61,551 nt of DNA, filler included, from 5 parts of 5 records of this genome joined end to end with filler, not necessarily neighbours in it, one strand, 5' to 3'. Counted from the first letter of the whole stretch, positions 1 to 9,943 are shown. Notes: generated by a model from the sequence alone, not told the origin. A program made the numbers and translations.

Positions 1-66
1 GGTAGAGACCGTTGTCGAGACAACCGAGGAACTTCTGGAAACCGTAACTGCTCCGGTAGAGACCGT
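1..66 (+). repeat. Remnant of a 54-bp (18-aa) coding repeat
   Basis: GGTAGAGACCGT occurs at 1-12 and 55-66 (VETV...VETV). Confidence 0.55.
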
Positions 67-658
67 CATTGAAGACGTGACCAGTATCATCCCTTCCCTT
101 CTGGATGATGTGACCGGCGAAGACGGTTTGCTGACTGGCGACGACGGATTTCTTGATACGCTGATCGGCGGCGACAGCCTTTCGTTCCTTCCGGGCTTCG
201 GCGGCGCGAGCGTGGACGCACCCGAAACGTCTGTGTTTGATGGCTTGCTGGGTGAAGAGGACATCTTTGGCCTGGACGTGGTCGACACCGACCTTACTGC
301 CGATGATCTCTTTGCGGGTCTGAGTGGTGATGCCAGCCTGACCGGTACACTTGTCGACCAAGGCCTGTTCGAACTTGCGCCCACTGAAAACGGTGAGGCT
401 TCGGACCCCGAGATCGACGGCTTGCTCAACGACATTCTTGCCGGCGGCGTCGAGGACGTCCTTGGAGAACACAATACATTCGACGACTTGTTGAACGCCG
501 AGACAACCGGTGACGACGCAACTTCGTTCGAAGGCGGCTTGCTGGCAGACGACGCAATTGAAGATGCGATGAACACGCTCTTCAGTCAGGTCGATGATGC
601 CGGAACAACGCTCCTGGATAGTGTCTTCGACAACTCCACAGATTCCGACTCTGTCTAA
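2..658 (+). CDS. 5'-truncated, extremely acidic low-complexity protein, probable T1SS-secreted protein C-terminus
   Basis: Frame is open from position 2 (VETVVETTEELLETVTAPVETVIED...) into the 77..658 ORF. D/E/G/L/T-rich with no Lys, Arg or Cys. Lies upstream of a T1SS operon. Confidence 0.7.
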   Translation, partial: VETVVETTEELLETVTAPVETVIEDVTSIIPSLLDDVTGEDGLLTGDDGFLDTLIGGDSLSFLPGFGGASVDAPETSVFDGLLGEEDIFGLDVVDTDLTADDLFAGLSGDASLTGTLVDQGLFELAPTENGEASDPEIDGLLNDILAGGVEDVLGEHNTFDDLLNAETTGDDATSFEGGLLADDAIEDAMNTLFSQVDDAGTTLLDSVFDNSTDSDSV

Positions 659-824
659 ATCAAGGCACTCCGGCAACCTAGGGGTGACTAAATCTTAACT
701 TTTACAAGTTCCCCAAATCAGGGAGCCTTGCCCGTAATATTATTAATTTAAACGGTATTAGCGCCACAAAGGATTGAGTGGTGCCGAAAAATACAACCTA
801 AACCCTAACTCACGCTTGAAAGAG

Positions 825-841
825 GTTAACAATTGGTTAAC
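825..841. promoter_or_regulatory. CtrA-type binding site TTAA-N7-TTAAC
   Basis: GTTAACAATTGGTTAAC matches the consensus on both strands, in the AT-rich intergenic region about 130 nt upstream of the 969 start. Confidence 0.65.
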
Positions 842-968
842 AAATAAGGCTGTAGTATGTTGGCTGTCAAAAGACGCCCCGTCGGCCTTCGCGATGCACT
901 CGGCAACTTTTGGTTGAGTGAGCATCCAGCGCGGGGGCGAGTCAGGTAAAAACAATTTTTGTAGTGAG

Positions 969-1736
969 ATGGCAGTGACCGTTGGAGTAACCACACAGGC
1001 AAAGGACGCGGCACAAGCGCTTGCGGCACCTGTGATGTCCCGACGCATTCTGAGCGAACCCACAGATGTGTCGGTCAGCGTGTCCATTCTGGGCACTGAG
1101 AAATCAGGGCAGGATCTGGTGGTGCGCCTGTCCAATGGCGAAACCCTGAACATTGAAAATTTCTTTGTCATCGGACCAGACGGCGATTTCAGTCGCCTGC
1201 TGTCATCTGATGGGTCCCCTGTTGTGACCGGACTTATGGCGCCCGAACCTGATTTGGCGCAGGACACCGAATTTACCGAAGCCATGCAAACGACCGAAGG
1301 AGTGGCGCCGGTCGGTTCGGATCCTTCCGACATCGAAAGTGCGGATGCAGGCGATTGGGGCGACACGGCACTGTTTGCAGGCGCCGGTTTCTCGCTGGGC
1401 AGTGGCATCGGCTACCTGTCTGACGATGACAACGCGTCCGTTCCTGTCGCACAGAACCCCCAGCCTGAATCCCAAACGGATCTGGCGACAGCCATTGAGG
1501 AACTGACAGGTCCAGAGGATATGATTCTGGAACCATCGGACTTCGACACCGAAGCGGCAGAAACGCCCCCTCCCGAGGATGCAGAAACAGCTTCTTCAGA
1601 TTTTAGCGGCGAAAATGCCACTGAATTGCCAGAAACTTCAGGTTTTTTAGTATCAGATTCGCCAGACCCGAGCTTGCTGTACATCCCCGACCCGCAAGAT
1701 GGACTGTTCACTGACTTGATGACGGAGATCATTTGA
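969..1736 (+). CDS. Short BapA-prefix-like domain protein with acidic tail
   Basis: KSGQDLVVRLSNGETLNIENFF motif, Gly/Ala-rich hydrophobic segment, acidic tail. ATG at 969 preferred over GTG 918. Stop overlaps next start (TGATG). Confidence 0.7.
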   Translation: MAVTVGVTTQAKDAAQALAAPVMSRRILSEPTDVSVSVSILGTEKSGQDLVVRLSNGETLNIENFFVIGPDGDFSRLLSSDGSPVVTGLMAPEPDLAQDTEFTEAMQTTEGVAPVGSDPSDIESADAGDWGDTALFAGAGFSLGSGIGYLSDDDNASVPVAQNPQPESQTDLATAIEELTGPEDMILEPSDFDTEAAETPPPEDAETASSDFSGENATELPETSGFLVSDSPDPSLLYIPDPQDGLFTDLMTEII

Positions 1737-3028
1737 TGATCGCGCTGACACGGCCCAAACAAAACAAGCGCATGCAGCGCCCCGGCATCCGGTTCGCACC
1801 GCTGGCCGCTGCGCTGTTGACGGTGGCCATGTCACTGCCTGCCGCGGCACAAATGTCGTTAGAAGCCGCCGTTTTGCGTGCGACAGAGCGTGACGGAAAT
1901 GTGGCGGCACTTCGGCAGACGGTGGCGAGCCGTTCGATCGACATTCAGGCTGCGCGTGATGAATATTATCCCAGCATCAGCCTCTCCGGCGACAGCTCGA
2001 CCACGGATTCGAACGGAGCCGGCATCACTCTGACCGTGTCGCAGGTGCTGTACGACTGGGGCCTGATCCGCAGCAAGATCAACGCGGCCTCGCACGTGCG
2101 CGTTCAGGCTGTGTCCGATCTGAAAATGGAGGTAGAGGGTCTGTCGCTCCAGGTGGCGGAATTCTTCATTGATATCGAAACCATCGATCTCAAGATCGCC
2201 CGCACCCGGACCTATACCACCTTTGCGCGCAGGATTTCGGGGCAGGCACAGGACCGCGCCACCGCTGGCATCAGTGACAATGGCGAAGTGGCCCGCGCCC
2301 GGCTTGAGATCGCACGCGCCGAGGACCAGATGGCACAGTTGGTCGCGAACCGTCGCATTGCCCTGTCGCAAATCGAATTTCTGGTAGGGCAACCGGTTAC
2401 CGGCATCCAGTATCCGCCAGAGCTGGGCTTTGCCAGCCGCTATGCCCAGGCGGCAAAGGTGCGGTCTGCGGTCCATATCGCGCCCACCTATATCGCAGCG
2501 CGTGCCTCGGCCGATGAGGCCGCCGCTGGTGTACAAACCGCCAAGGCCGCGCGCCTGCCCACCATCAAGTTGCAGGCCCAGGGCCGCGCCGACCTGAATG
2601 GTGGCCGAAGCCGCACGGCAGTGGGCATCTCCACAGGCGTCGATCTCAGCTCGAGCGGGTTCGGCAAACGCGGCGTGCAATCCGCCGAGCTGAACTTGCA
2701 AGCGGCCAAATCTACCCTTGTTTCGGTTGAACGCGACCTGACCAACACCGCCTCGAGCGCCCGTCAGCAGATCACCATTCTGCGCACCACGGAAAACTCC
2801 AGAGCGCAGCAGTTGGCCGAAGCGCAACGAGTTTTGGACAACTATGAACAACAGTTTATCGGCGGTCAGCGCGAGCTGCTGGACCTGCTGACAACCGGCC
2901 GTGACCTTTACGACTCGCAAATCGACAAGATCGACACATACGACGAACGCAAACGCACCGAATACCGTGCGGCGCATGATCTGGGTGTGCTGGGCACGCT
3001 GATCATTTCCGCTTCACACACGCAATAG
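1736..3028 (+). CDS. TolC-family outer membrane efflux protein of T1SS
   Basis: Signal peptide ending AAAQ; YYPSISL and RLPTIKL strands; YEQQFIGGQRELLDLL C-terminal motif. Confidence 0.9.
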   Translation: MIALTRPKQNKRMQRPGIRFAPLAAALLTVAMSLPAAAQMSLEAAVLRATERDGNVAALRQTVASRSIDIQAARDEYYPSISLSGDSSTTDSNGAGITLTVSQVLYDWGLIRSKINAASHVRVQAVSDLKMEVEGLSLQVAEFFIDIETIDLKIARTRTYTTFARRISGQAQDRATAGISDNGEVARARLEIARAEDQMAQLVANRRIALSQIEFLVGQPVTGIQYPPELGFASRYAQAAKVRSAVHIAPTYIAARASADEAAAGVQTAKAARLPTIKLQAQGRADLNGGRSRTAVGISTGVDLSSSGFGKRGVQSAELNLQAAKSTLVSVERDLTNTASSARQQITILRTTENSRAQQLAEAQRVLDNYEQQFIGGQRELLDLLTTGRDLYDSQIDKIDTYDERKRTEYRAAHDLGVLGTLIISASHTQ

Positions 3029-3059
3029 CCTGGCCCCGTAGGTAAAACTGGAAATTCGC

Positions 3060-5195
3060 ATGAAAGATGCATCATCCTCAGACCCGCTTATCGAAGGCCT
3101 TGTCGAACTGTGCCGCGTGCAGGGTGTTGCGACGTCGTCCAGTCAGCTGATGGACGGGCTTCCCAAAGCCAAGGATGGCGCCGCGGGTGAGAGCCTTGCG
3201 ACACTGGCCCTGCGCCGCGTCAACATGAGCTGCCGGATCAGCCGCGAATCCATCGAAGATTTCCCCGACCACGGCCTGCCTGCCCTGCTGTTCCTGAAAA
3301 ACGGACGGACGGTCATTCTGGAGAGCCTGACCAAAACCCACGCCAAGGTGATCGTTCCCGAAGCGGGTGGCGGCCGCTGCATGTGGTCGCGCGCCGAGCT
3401 TGAAGCCGTGCACGACGGACGCATTCTGGTGTCCAAACCGATCGACATCGTTTCTGACCGGCTGGACGCGCAGAGCAAGGACAAACGCCACTGGATCCTG
3501 GGGCCTGTTCTGGGCAACTGGGTGATCTACCGCGATGTGGTTCTGGCCTCGTTTGCCGCGAACATTCTGGCGGTGGCGACGGCCCTGTTCTCGATGCAGG
3601 TCTATGACCGCGTGGTGCCCAGCAACGCCTTTGACACGCTCTGGATTCTGGCCAGCGGTGTCGGCATTGCGATCATTCTGGAACTGGTCCTGCGGTTGAT
3701 GCGCTCGACTTTGGTGGACGTATCGGGCCGCGATCTCGACTTGAGGTTGTCTGCGCAACTCTTTGATAAGGTTGCCAACATGCGGCTGAAGCATCAGCCA
3801 GCCTCTACAGGTGTCTTTGCCAACCAGGTCCGTGATTTCGCGACCGTGCGCGAGTTCTTTACCTCTGGCACCGTCACGGCGATTTGCGACCTGCCCTTCG
3901 TGCTGATCTTTGTCGGCGTGATCTGGTTCATTGGCGGCAATATCGCCTTTGTGGTGCTGGCAGGGGTGATCGCCACGATCCTGCCCGGCATCCTGATGCA
4001 AAAGAAACTGGCCCGTGCATCGCGTGAAAACACCCGCGAGGCGGCGGCCTTGAACGGGTTGTTGCTGGAAACCATTTCGAACCTTGAAACCGTCAAGGCA
4101 TCGCGCGCCGAAGGTCGGTTGCAGCGCGCCCACGCCCAGCTGTCGGCGACCATGGCGACGACTGCGATCAAGACGCGCAGCATCACCAACATCATGACGC
4201 AACTGGTCAGCACGGTTCAGAAACTGGCCTATGCCGGTGTGATCATCGCCGGTGTCTACCTGATCAGCGCGGGCGAACTGACCGTCGGCAGCCTGATAGC
4301 CTGTACCCTTCTGTCCAGCCGCACCATGTCCCCGATGGGTCAAGTTGCGGGCCTGCTTGCACGCTGGCAACAGGTGCGCGCCGCAATGGAAGGGCTGGAC
4401 GAGATCATGGCCCTGCCTGTCGAGCGCCCCGTGGACCGCCATTTCGTGCGCGCCTCCTCCCTCTCGGGCACCTACAAGATCGACGACGTGGTGTTCCGTC
4501 ACGATCCCGAAGCCCCGCCCGTGATCTCGATCCCCGATCTGTCCATCGGAGCGGGCGAACGCATCGCATTGCTGGGCGGCAACGGCGCGGGCAAATCCAC
4601 CCTGCTGCGCCTGATGGCCGGACTGACCGATCCGCAATCGGGCAGCGTGTTGATCGACAGCCTGTCGCTGTCCCAGATCGATCCCATCGACCGGCGTCGG
4701 CAGATCGGATATTTGCCGCAGAGCGTCGCTCTGTTCCAAGGCACATTGCGCGACAACCTTCTGCTGGACCACGGCCTGCACAGCGATGACGAATTGCTCG
4801 AGGCGCTGGATGCTGTCGGACTTGGCACATTCGTGCGGCGCCACGTGCGCGGGCTGGACCTGCAATTGCAAGGCAACGCCAACGTGTCAGGCGGCCAGCG
4901 CCAGTCGATCGGCCTCGCGCGGGTGCTGTTGCAGGACCCCAAGGTGGTTTTGCTGGACGAACCCACCGCCGCTTTTGACCACATCACCGAAAGCAAGGTT
5001 ATCAGCCACATGAAGGATTGGCTGGAAGGACGCACCACCGTCATCTCGACCCACAAGCGCGAATTGCTCGCCCTGACCGAACGGGCCATCGTTCTGAAAG
5101 ACGGGCGCGTGGCGCGCGACGGCGACCTGATGCAGATCCTGAATTCGGCGCGCGCCAATTCGGTTAAAACCCGACCAGTCCAAGCCGTCACATGA
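3060..5195 (+). CDS. T1SS ABC transporter (LapB/LssB type, N-terminal C39-like domain)
   Basis: MQVYDRVVP; Walker A GGNGAGKS; signature VSGGQ; Walker B LLDEPT; N-terminal DPLIEGLVELC C39-like domain. Confidence 0.93.
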   Translation: MKDASSSDPLIEGLVELCRVQGVATSSSQLMDGLPKAKDGAAGESLATLALRRVNMSCRISRESIEDFPDHGLPALLFLKNGRTVILESLTKTHAKVIVPEAGGGRCMWSRAELEAVHDGRILVSKPIDIVSDRLDAQSKDKRHWILGPVLGNWVIYRDVVLASFAANILAVATALFSMQVYDRVVPSNAFDTLWILASGVGIAIILELVLRLMRSTLVDVSGRDLDLRLSAQLFDKVANMRLKHQPASTGVFANQVRDFATVREFFTSGTVTAICDLPFVLIFVGVIWFIGGNIAFVVLAGVIATILPGILMQKKLARASRENTREAAALNGLLLETISNLETVKASRAEGRLQRAHAQLSATMATTAIKTRSITNIMTQLVSTVQKLAYAGVIIAGVYLISAGELTVGSLIACTLLSSRTMSPMGQVAGLLARWQQVRAAMEGLDEIMALPVERPVDRHFVRASSLSGTYKIDDVVFRHDPEAPPVISIPDLSIGAGERIALLGGNGAGKSTLLRLMAGLTDPQSGSVLIDSLSLSQIDPIDRRRQIGYLPQSVALFQGTLRDNLLLDHGLHSDDELLEALDAVGLGTFVRRHVRGLDLQLQGNANVSGGQRQSIGLARVLLQDPKVVLLDEPTAAFDHITESKVISHMKDWLEGRTTVISTHKRELLALTERAIVLKDGRVARDGDLMQILNSARANSVKTRPVQAVT

Positions 5196-6364
5196 GCAAC
5201 GCGGATGCCATGACATCCAGCCACATGGATGGCAGTTACCGACGCCAGACGCTGCGGGTGGCACGGTTGACCATTCAAACCATCATTCTGGCGCTGATCA
5301 TTGGCGTCACCTGGGCGGCACTTGCACAGATCAACGAAATCACACGCGGCGATGGACGCGTGATCCCCTTGCGGCGGATGCAGACCATCCAAAGCCTTGA
5401 GGGCGGTATCCTGTCCGAGCTTGCTGTCAGCGAAGGCGACATCGTCGAAGAAGGACAGGTGCTGGCCCGCCTCGACCCCACCCGGTCGCAATCGGCCTTT
5501 TTGTCGGCGCAATCCGAGATCACCGCGCTGACCGCCGAAGTGGCCCGCCTGCAGGCAGAGGTGCTGGAAAAACCCGAGCTGGACTTTGGCCCCGAACCGA
5601 ACGCCGCCGAGCAGACGGAACTGCGCCTGTTCACCGCCCGCCGCACCAAGCTTGAGGCTTCTCTTTCTGCGCTGGAAGCGGAACAGACCGCCATCCAGGA
5701 ACAGATCGACATCACCCGCCCGCTGACGGCATCCGGTTCGGTCAGCAAGATCAACCTGCTGCAACTGGAACAGAAAAAGGCCGAGATCGACGGCAAGATC
5801 AGCGAAACACGCAACGTCTATGTGCAGGATTCCTACAAGGATCTGGCGCAGCGCCGGGCCAAGCTGCTGATGATCCAGCAGGATCTGATCCAGAAAGAGG
5901 ACGAATTCCAGCGCACCGAAATCCGCTCGCCCGTGGCTGGACGGGTCAACAACATCGACATCACCACACTTGGCGGTGTTGTCCAGCCCGGCGAGCCGAT
6001 CATGGAAATCACCCCCACGGACGACCAGTTGATCATCGAGACCAAGGTGCAACCGCGCGACGTGGCCTTTATCGCCCCCGGCATGCCTGCCAGCGTCAAG
6101 ATCACCGCCTATGACTTTGCCACCTACGGCGACCTGCGCGGCACCGTTATTCAGATCTCGGAAGACACCGTCGAAGAGGACACGCCCCAGGGTCCGCAGG
6201 ATTTCTACCGCGTCATGGTCAAAACCGATCGCAGCTATCTGGAGCGCGGCGGCGAAGAGTTCGCGATCCGTCCCGGCATGATTGCCCAGGTCGACATCGA
6301 AAGCGGCAAACGGTCTGTCCTCAGCTATCTCACCCGCCCCCTTCTCAAAGCGCGGCTACAATAA
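5192..6364 (+). CDS. HlyD-family T1SS membrane fusion protein
   Basis: N-terminal TM; IQSLEGGI; IRSPVAGRV; PGMIAQVDI; SYLTRP. ATGA overlap with the ABC gene. Confidence 0.93.
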   Translation: MSNADAMTSSHMDGSYRRQTLRVARLTIQTIILALIIGVTWAALAQINEITRGDGRVIPLRRMQTIQSLEGGILSELAVSEGDIVEEGQVLARLDPTRSQSAFLSAQSEITALTAEVARLQAEVLEKPELDFGPEPNAAEQTELRLFTARRTKLEASLSALEAEQTAIQEQIDITRPLTASGSVSKINLLQLEQKKAEIDGKISETRNVYVQDSYKDLAQRRAKLLMIQQDLIQKEDEFQRTEIRSPVAGRVNNIDITTLGGVVQPGEPIMEITPTDDQLIIETKVQPRDVAFIAPGMPASVKITAYDFATYGDLRGTVIQISEDTVEEDTPQGPQDFYRVMVKTDRSYLERGGEEFAIRPGMIAQVDIESGKRSVLSYLTRPLLKARLQ

Positions 6365-6440
6365 TAACCTCCAATTCTGTTGCGGGTCGCTGCTGACCTG
6401 CTTGCTTGCGGTGATCAAAGATCAAGAAAGAGACTGCCCC

Positions 6441-7778
6441 TTGCCACAACTGCACTTTGCCGGCTGCCACGGCACATTGGATCTCACCAAAACCCTGCTG
6501 ACAGCGGGGACTTTCGGTCTCGCGCTGGCCACCGCGACGCCGGTCCAGTCGCAAATGGTCAACACAGTCGAAGTGCGCGGGGCGCAGTTCATTCCCGAGC
6601 AGGACATCAAGGCAACCTGCGGCGCCGAAGAGGGCATCGAATACATCGACCTTGAGCTGCGCGCGATTGAAGACTGTCTTATGTCCACGGGCGTTTTCGA
6701 AACGGTTACCCTGTCGCGTGAAGGCGACACATTGGTCATCGACGTACAGGAACTGGACACCCGCCCCGGCCGCATTGATGCAACGCTGGCCTATGCATCC
6801 CAGGACGGCGTCGTGGGCAGCCTGTCCTATGAACGCTACAACCTGTTTGACCGGACCTATGGCGCGGTCAACCTCGAGTACGGCGAAGAGGTGCAACGCT
6901 ACAGCCTGAACCTGTACCGCACCGAAGCTTTCGAGACGGATTTCGACCTCGGCTTTGAGCTGGCAGGCGGGCGCGACGATTATGACGACCGCAGCTACAC
7001 CCACGAATCCCTGCGCATCGAGACCTATCTGGGCTGGGCGCTGTCCCCATCGACAAAGCTGGAAGCCGGGATCGGCTACCGCGACCATCGGCTTTATGAT
7101 GTGGAACCGACCGCCAGCGCCCTGCTTTTGAAAGAACAGACCGACGGCATTTCGGCGCCTTACGTGCGGCTGGGCCTGCGTCACGAACGCACCGCAGAGG
7201 CGCAGGAGGGCAAGGAAGATTGGGACCAGTTCGGCTATCGCATCCGGCTGGACCAGTATTTCTGGAACATCGGCACGGATGACCCGATCTCGGACACGCG
7301 CCTTGAGACGCGCATGCAATTTCCTCTCGCGTCGAATCTGCGGTTGCTGTTCGGCTTTGACGCCGGGAACATCAATGGCACCAGCGGCAATGCCACCCGC
7401 GCCATCGACCGGTTTTATCCCGGTGCAGACACCTTTCGCGGCTTTGCCCCGCGCGGCATCGGCCCGCGTGACGGCAACGACGCGCTGGGGGGCAACACCT
7501 ATGCCAAAGTGTCCATCGAACTTCAGCGCGACTTTGGCGAGATTTACCGTACACCGTTCCGCGCAGGCATCTTTGTCGACAGCGGCGCAAGCTGGGATCT
7601 GGACGACACACTTGGTGGCACCATCGACGACAGCCTGCAACGGCGCAGCAGCGTTGGCCTGTCCGTGGTCTTTGACGTGGGCAACACCCCTGTTTCGCTC
7701 TACGTGGCCACGCCCATCGAGGACCAGCCCGGCGACGAACATCAGGTCTTTGGGCTAAGCCTGAGCACCCGTTTTTAG
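6441..7778 (+). CDS. Omp85 (BamA/TamA-like) protein with apparently one POTRA domain
   Basis: Signal-like LLTAGTFGLALATATPVQSQ; POTRA-like VEVRGAQF...LMSTGVFETV; Omp85 loop-6 motif FRGFAPRGIGPRD; terminal Phe. Start uncertain (TTG 6441 or 6477). Confidence 0.85.
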   Translation: MPQLHFAGCHGTLDLTKTLLTAGTFGLALATATPVQSQMVNTVEVRGAQFIPEQDIKATCGAEEGIEYIDLELRAIEDCLMSTGVFETVTLSREGDTLVIDVQELDTRPGRIDATLAYASQDGVVGSLSYERYNLFDRTYGAVNLEYGEEVQRYSLNLYRTEAFETDFDLGFELAGGRDDYDDRSYTHESLRIETYLGWALSPSTKLEAGIGYRDHRLYDVEPTASALLLKEQTDGISAPYVRLGLRHERTAEAQEGKEDWDQFGYRIRLDQYFWNIGTDDPISDTRLETRMQFPLASNLRLLFGFDAGNINGTSGNATRAIDRFYPGADTFRGFAPRGIGPRDGNDALGGNTYAKVSIELQRDFGEIYRTPFRAGIFVDSGASWDLDDTLGGTIDDSLQRRSSVGLSVVFDVGNTPVSLYVATPIEDQPGDEHQVFGLSLSTRF

Positions 7779-9010
7779 CCCGGAGCCCGCGCCGCGCGGT
7801 TCAACATCGCCTGCTTGAACAGCCCCATGTAACGCGGCGCGACCGCTGACAGATCATATTGCGCGCGCGCCATCGCGCGCGCCGCCTGACCATACCGCAG
7901 CCGACGGGACGGATCGTCTTTCAACGCCAGCGTCGCGGCAATCCATGCATCATCGTCATCGGGCAGAAGCTGGCCGTTGATGTCGTTCTGAATCAGTTCG
8001 GCGGCATAGCCACGGTCGGGCGCCAGCACACAGCCGCCACGGCCCAGGATCTCGACGAGTCCCCAGTTCGCTACGCCGAATTGCAGCGGGTAGTGGAACA
8101 GATCAACCTCGGCGACGCGTTTGGAAAATTCGTCATAGGGCAGCTTTCCCGAAAATTCGACGACCGATGCCGCGCGGGGGTATTTCAACAGCAAATGATC
8201 GCGGAAATTCGCGACCTTGCCGTCATGCAGCCGCTGCACGGCCTGATCTTCGTAGCCATAGGTCGCCACACCCGCACCGCCAAAGGCGACAAAACGGGCA
8301 TCCACGCCCTGCCCCACCAGCTTGTCAGTGATGCGCATGAATGTCTCAAACCCCTTGGCCGAGGACAAATCGCGCGATGCGAAACCGATGGTAAATGGGC
8401 GCGGCCCGGTCGCAACTTCGGCCTCGGGCATTGCGGCAAAGTCGAACCCTTCCAGCTGCACCTCGATATTCGACTGCAAAGCCTTGGGAAACATCTGCTT
8501 GGCATGGCGGCTGGGACAGATCACCAGATCGCTGCACAGTGCCTGATGGAAATTCAGCATCTCGGCGTTGCGATCGGTCATCCGCTGGGACTGGTCCGGC
8601 GGATAGGCCGGGTCCCAGCCATGGGCGCGAAAGCTGGGAAACTCGATATAACTGACAATGGCCGCGTCAATTTCATCGTACAGAAAATGCGGCGCGCCCC
8701 ATAATGAATGGCACACGACGAGGTCGATCTTGCGGTGCTTCTGAAACGCGGTCAGCGCGGACAGTACGCCGCGTGAAATCCGTGCGGACCGTTCCAACTT
8801 GGACGTATAATAATAGCTTTGCGCGCCAACGATATTGCCGTCCGGCTTGAACCCCAGGATATGCGCCCCGCGCTCGCGGTTGCGTTCCATATGGCCCGGC
8901 GTGGTCAGGAAATAGCTGTCCGCCATGCCTGTTTCGCGCAGGTAATCACACAACCGCCCGAACTGGCCGGGATAAACGGCGCCCACGAACACAATCACCG
9001 GTTTGGTCAA
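7775..9010 (-). CDS. GT4-family (GT-B) glycosyltransferase
   Basis: N-terminal VFVGAVYPGQF; HSLWG; C-terminal SAKGFETF and ELIQNDINGQL. Confidence 0.85.
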   Translation of the reverse strand: MTKPVIVFVGAVYPGQFGRLCDYLRETGMADSYFLTTPGHMERNRERGAHILGFKPDGNIVGAQSYYYTSKLERSARISRGVLSALTAFQKHRKIDLVVCHSLWGAPHFLYDEIDAAIVSYIEFPSFRAHGWDPAYPPDQSQRMTDRNAEMLNFHQALCSDLVICPSRHAKQMFPKALQSNIEVQLEGFDFAAMPEAEVATGPRPFTIGFASRDLSSAKGFETFMRITDKLVGQGVDARFVAFGGAGVATYGYEDQAVQRLHDGKVANFRDHLLLKYPRAASVVEFSGKLPYDEFSKRVAEVDLFHYPLQFGVANWGLVEILGRGGCVLAPDRGYAAELIQNDINGQLLPDDDDAWIAATLALKDDPSRRLRYGQAARAMARAQYDLSAVAPRYMGLFKQAMLNRAARAPG

Positions 9011-9124
9011 TCGCCCGACCCCCTTGCCAGACAGCCGCGTAGCGGCCCACAGCGATCAGCCTACATCACCCATACTTAGGGATGCAACTCGGGTCTGGAG
9101 ACCTGCGGACCGATGCAGGGGTAT

Positions 9125-9766
9125 TCAGAACAGGCCGTGATCGCGCGCCACAATCACCGCTTGCGTGCGGTTGTTCGCACCCAGTTTCGAACAGATGGAT
9201 TTGACATGCATCTTGACCGTGGCTTCGGCCAGTCCAAGGTCCGTGCCGATTTCGCGGTTCGGCTTGCCTTCGGCCAACAGCGCCAGCACGGTCATTTCGC
9301 GGTCCGACAATGACGCGCCGTTGCTTTCGCGCGGCTTGCTGACCCGTTGACGGTCGATCAGTTCGACGGGGACATACCGACCACCATTCGCCATGAAGCG
9401 TATTTCATTCGTGAGGTTGTTCAGGGATTCCGTTTTCAGAACGATACCCGCTCCGCCCATCGCAAGTGTCTCGGAAACCACATGAGGCGTCGGGTTGCTC
9501 GTGATAATGCCGACCGGTTTTCCACCATTGCGCTCGATCGCCTTGGCCAGCCCGGCAACGCCGTTCATTCCGGGCATATCCAGATCAACCAATACCAGAT
9601 CGAACGCACCGGAGTTGTCGATCTGTGCCAGCGCAGATTCAAGATCCGGCGCTGTCTGTGCCTCAAAATCGGGGAGCCCGGACAAGAATTGTTCGAACAT
9701 CTCCAAAATCATGGCATGATCGTCTGCGATGAGAACTCTTAGAATTTCGGGTTTTGAGGTATTCAT
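9125..9766 (-). CDS. NarL/LuxR-family response regulator
   Basis: REC domain (IADDH, VDLDMPG) plus HTH LSDRE...GKPNREIG...TVKMHVKSICSKLG. Start uncertain (9766 or 9799). Confidence 0.92.
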   Translation of the reverse strand: MNTSKPEILRVLIADDHAMILEMFEQFLSGLPDFEAQTAPDLESALAQIDNSGAFDLVLVDLDMPGMNGVAGLAKAIERNGGKPVGIITSNPTPHVVSETLAMGGAGIVLKTESLNNLTNEIRFMANGGRYVPVELIDRQRVSKPRESNGASLSDREMTVLALLAEGKPNREIGTDLGLAEATVKMHVKSICSKLGANNRTQAVIVARDHGLF

Positions 9767-9943
9767 AAGGTCCATTTCAGCTTGGTGAGGCTTTTGCACA
9801 GCTTAACGAACGATCGGAGCCCCCTTTTGGTTCCTCCGGATCACCCGCAAGACCTTCACAGTCCTGAGTGTTTGCCTGGGTTTCTAGTTCATAGGTGAAT
9901 TCCAAGTGTAGGTGAAGTGACATCAACAAGACGACGTCAAGCC

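Noticed and set aside
661-960. Riboswitch (e.g. c-di-GMP) upstream of the T1SS operon
   Set aside because: An imperfect stem-loop is possible at about 661-730, but I could not match conserved aptamer motifs. An Infernal/Rfam scan would be needed.
1859-7742. Long minus-strand ORFs (1859..2977, 3078..4871, 4499..6052, 6345..7742)
   Set aside because: Antisense to well-supported T1SS and Omp85 genes; expected in GC-rich DNA; no motifs.
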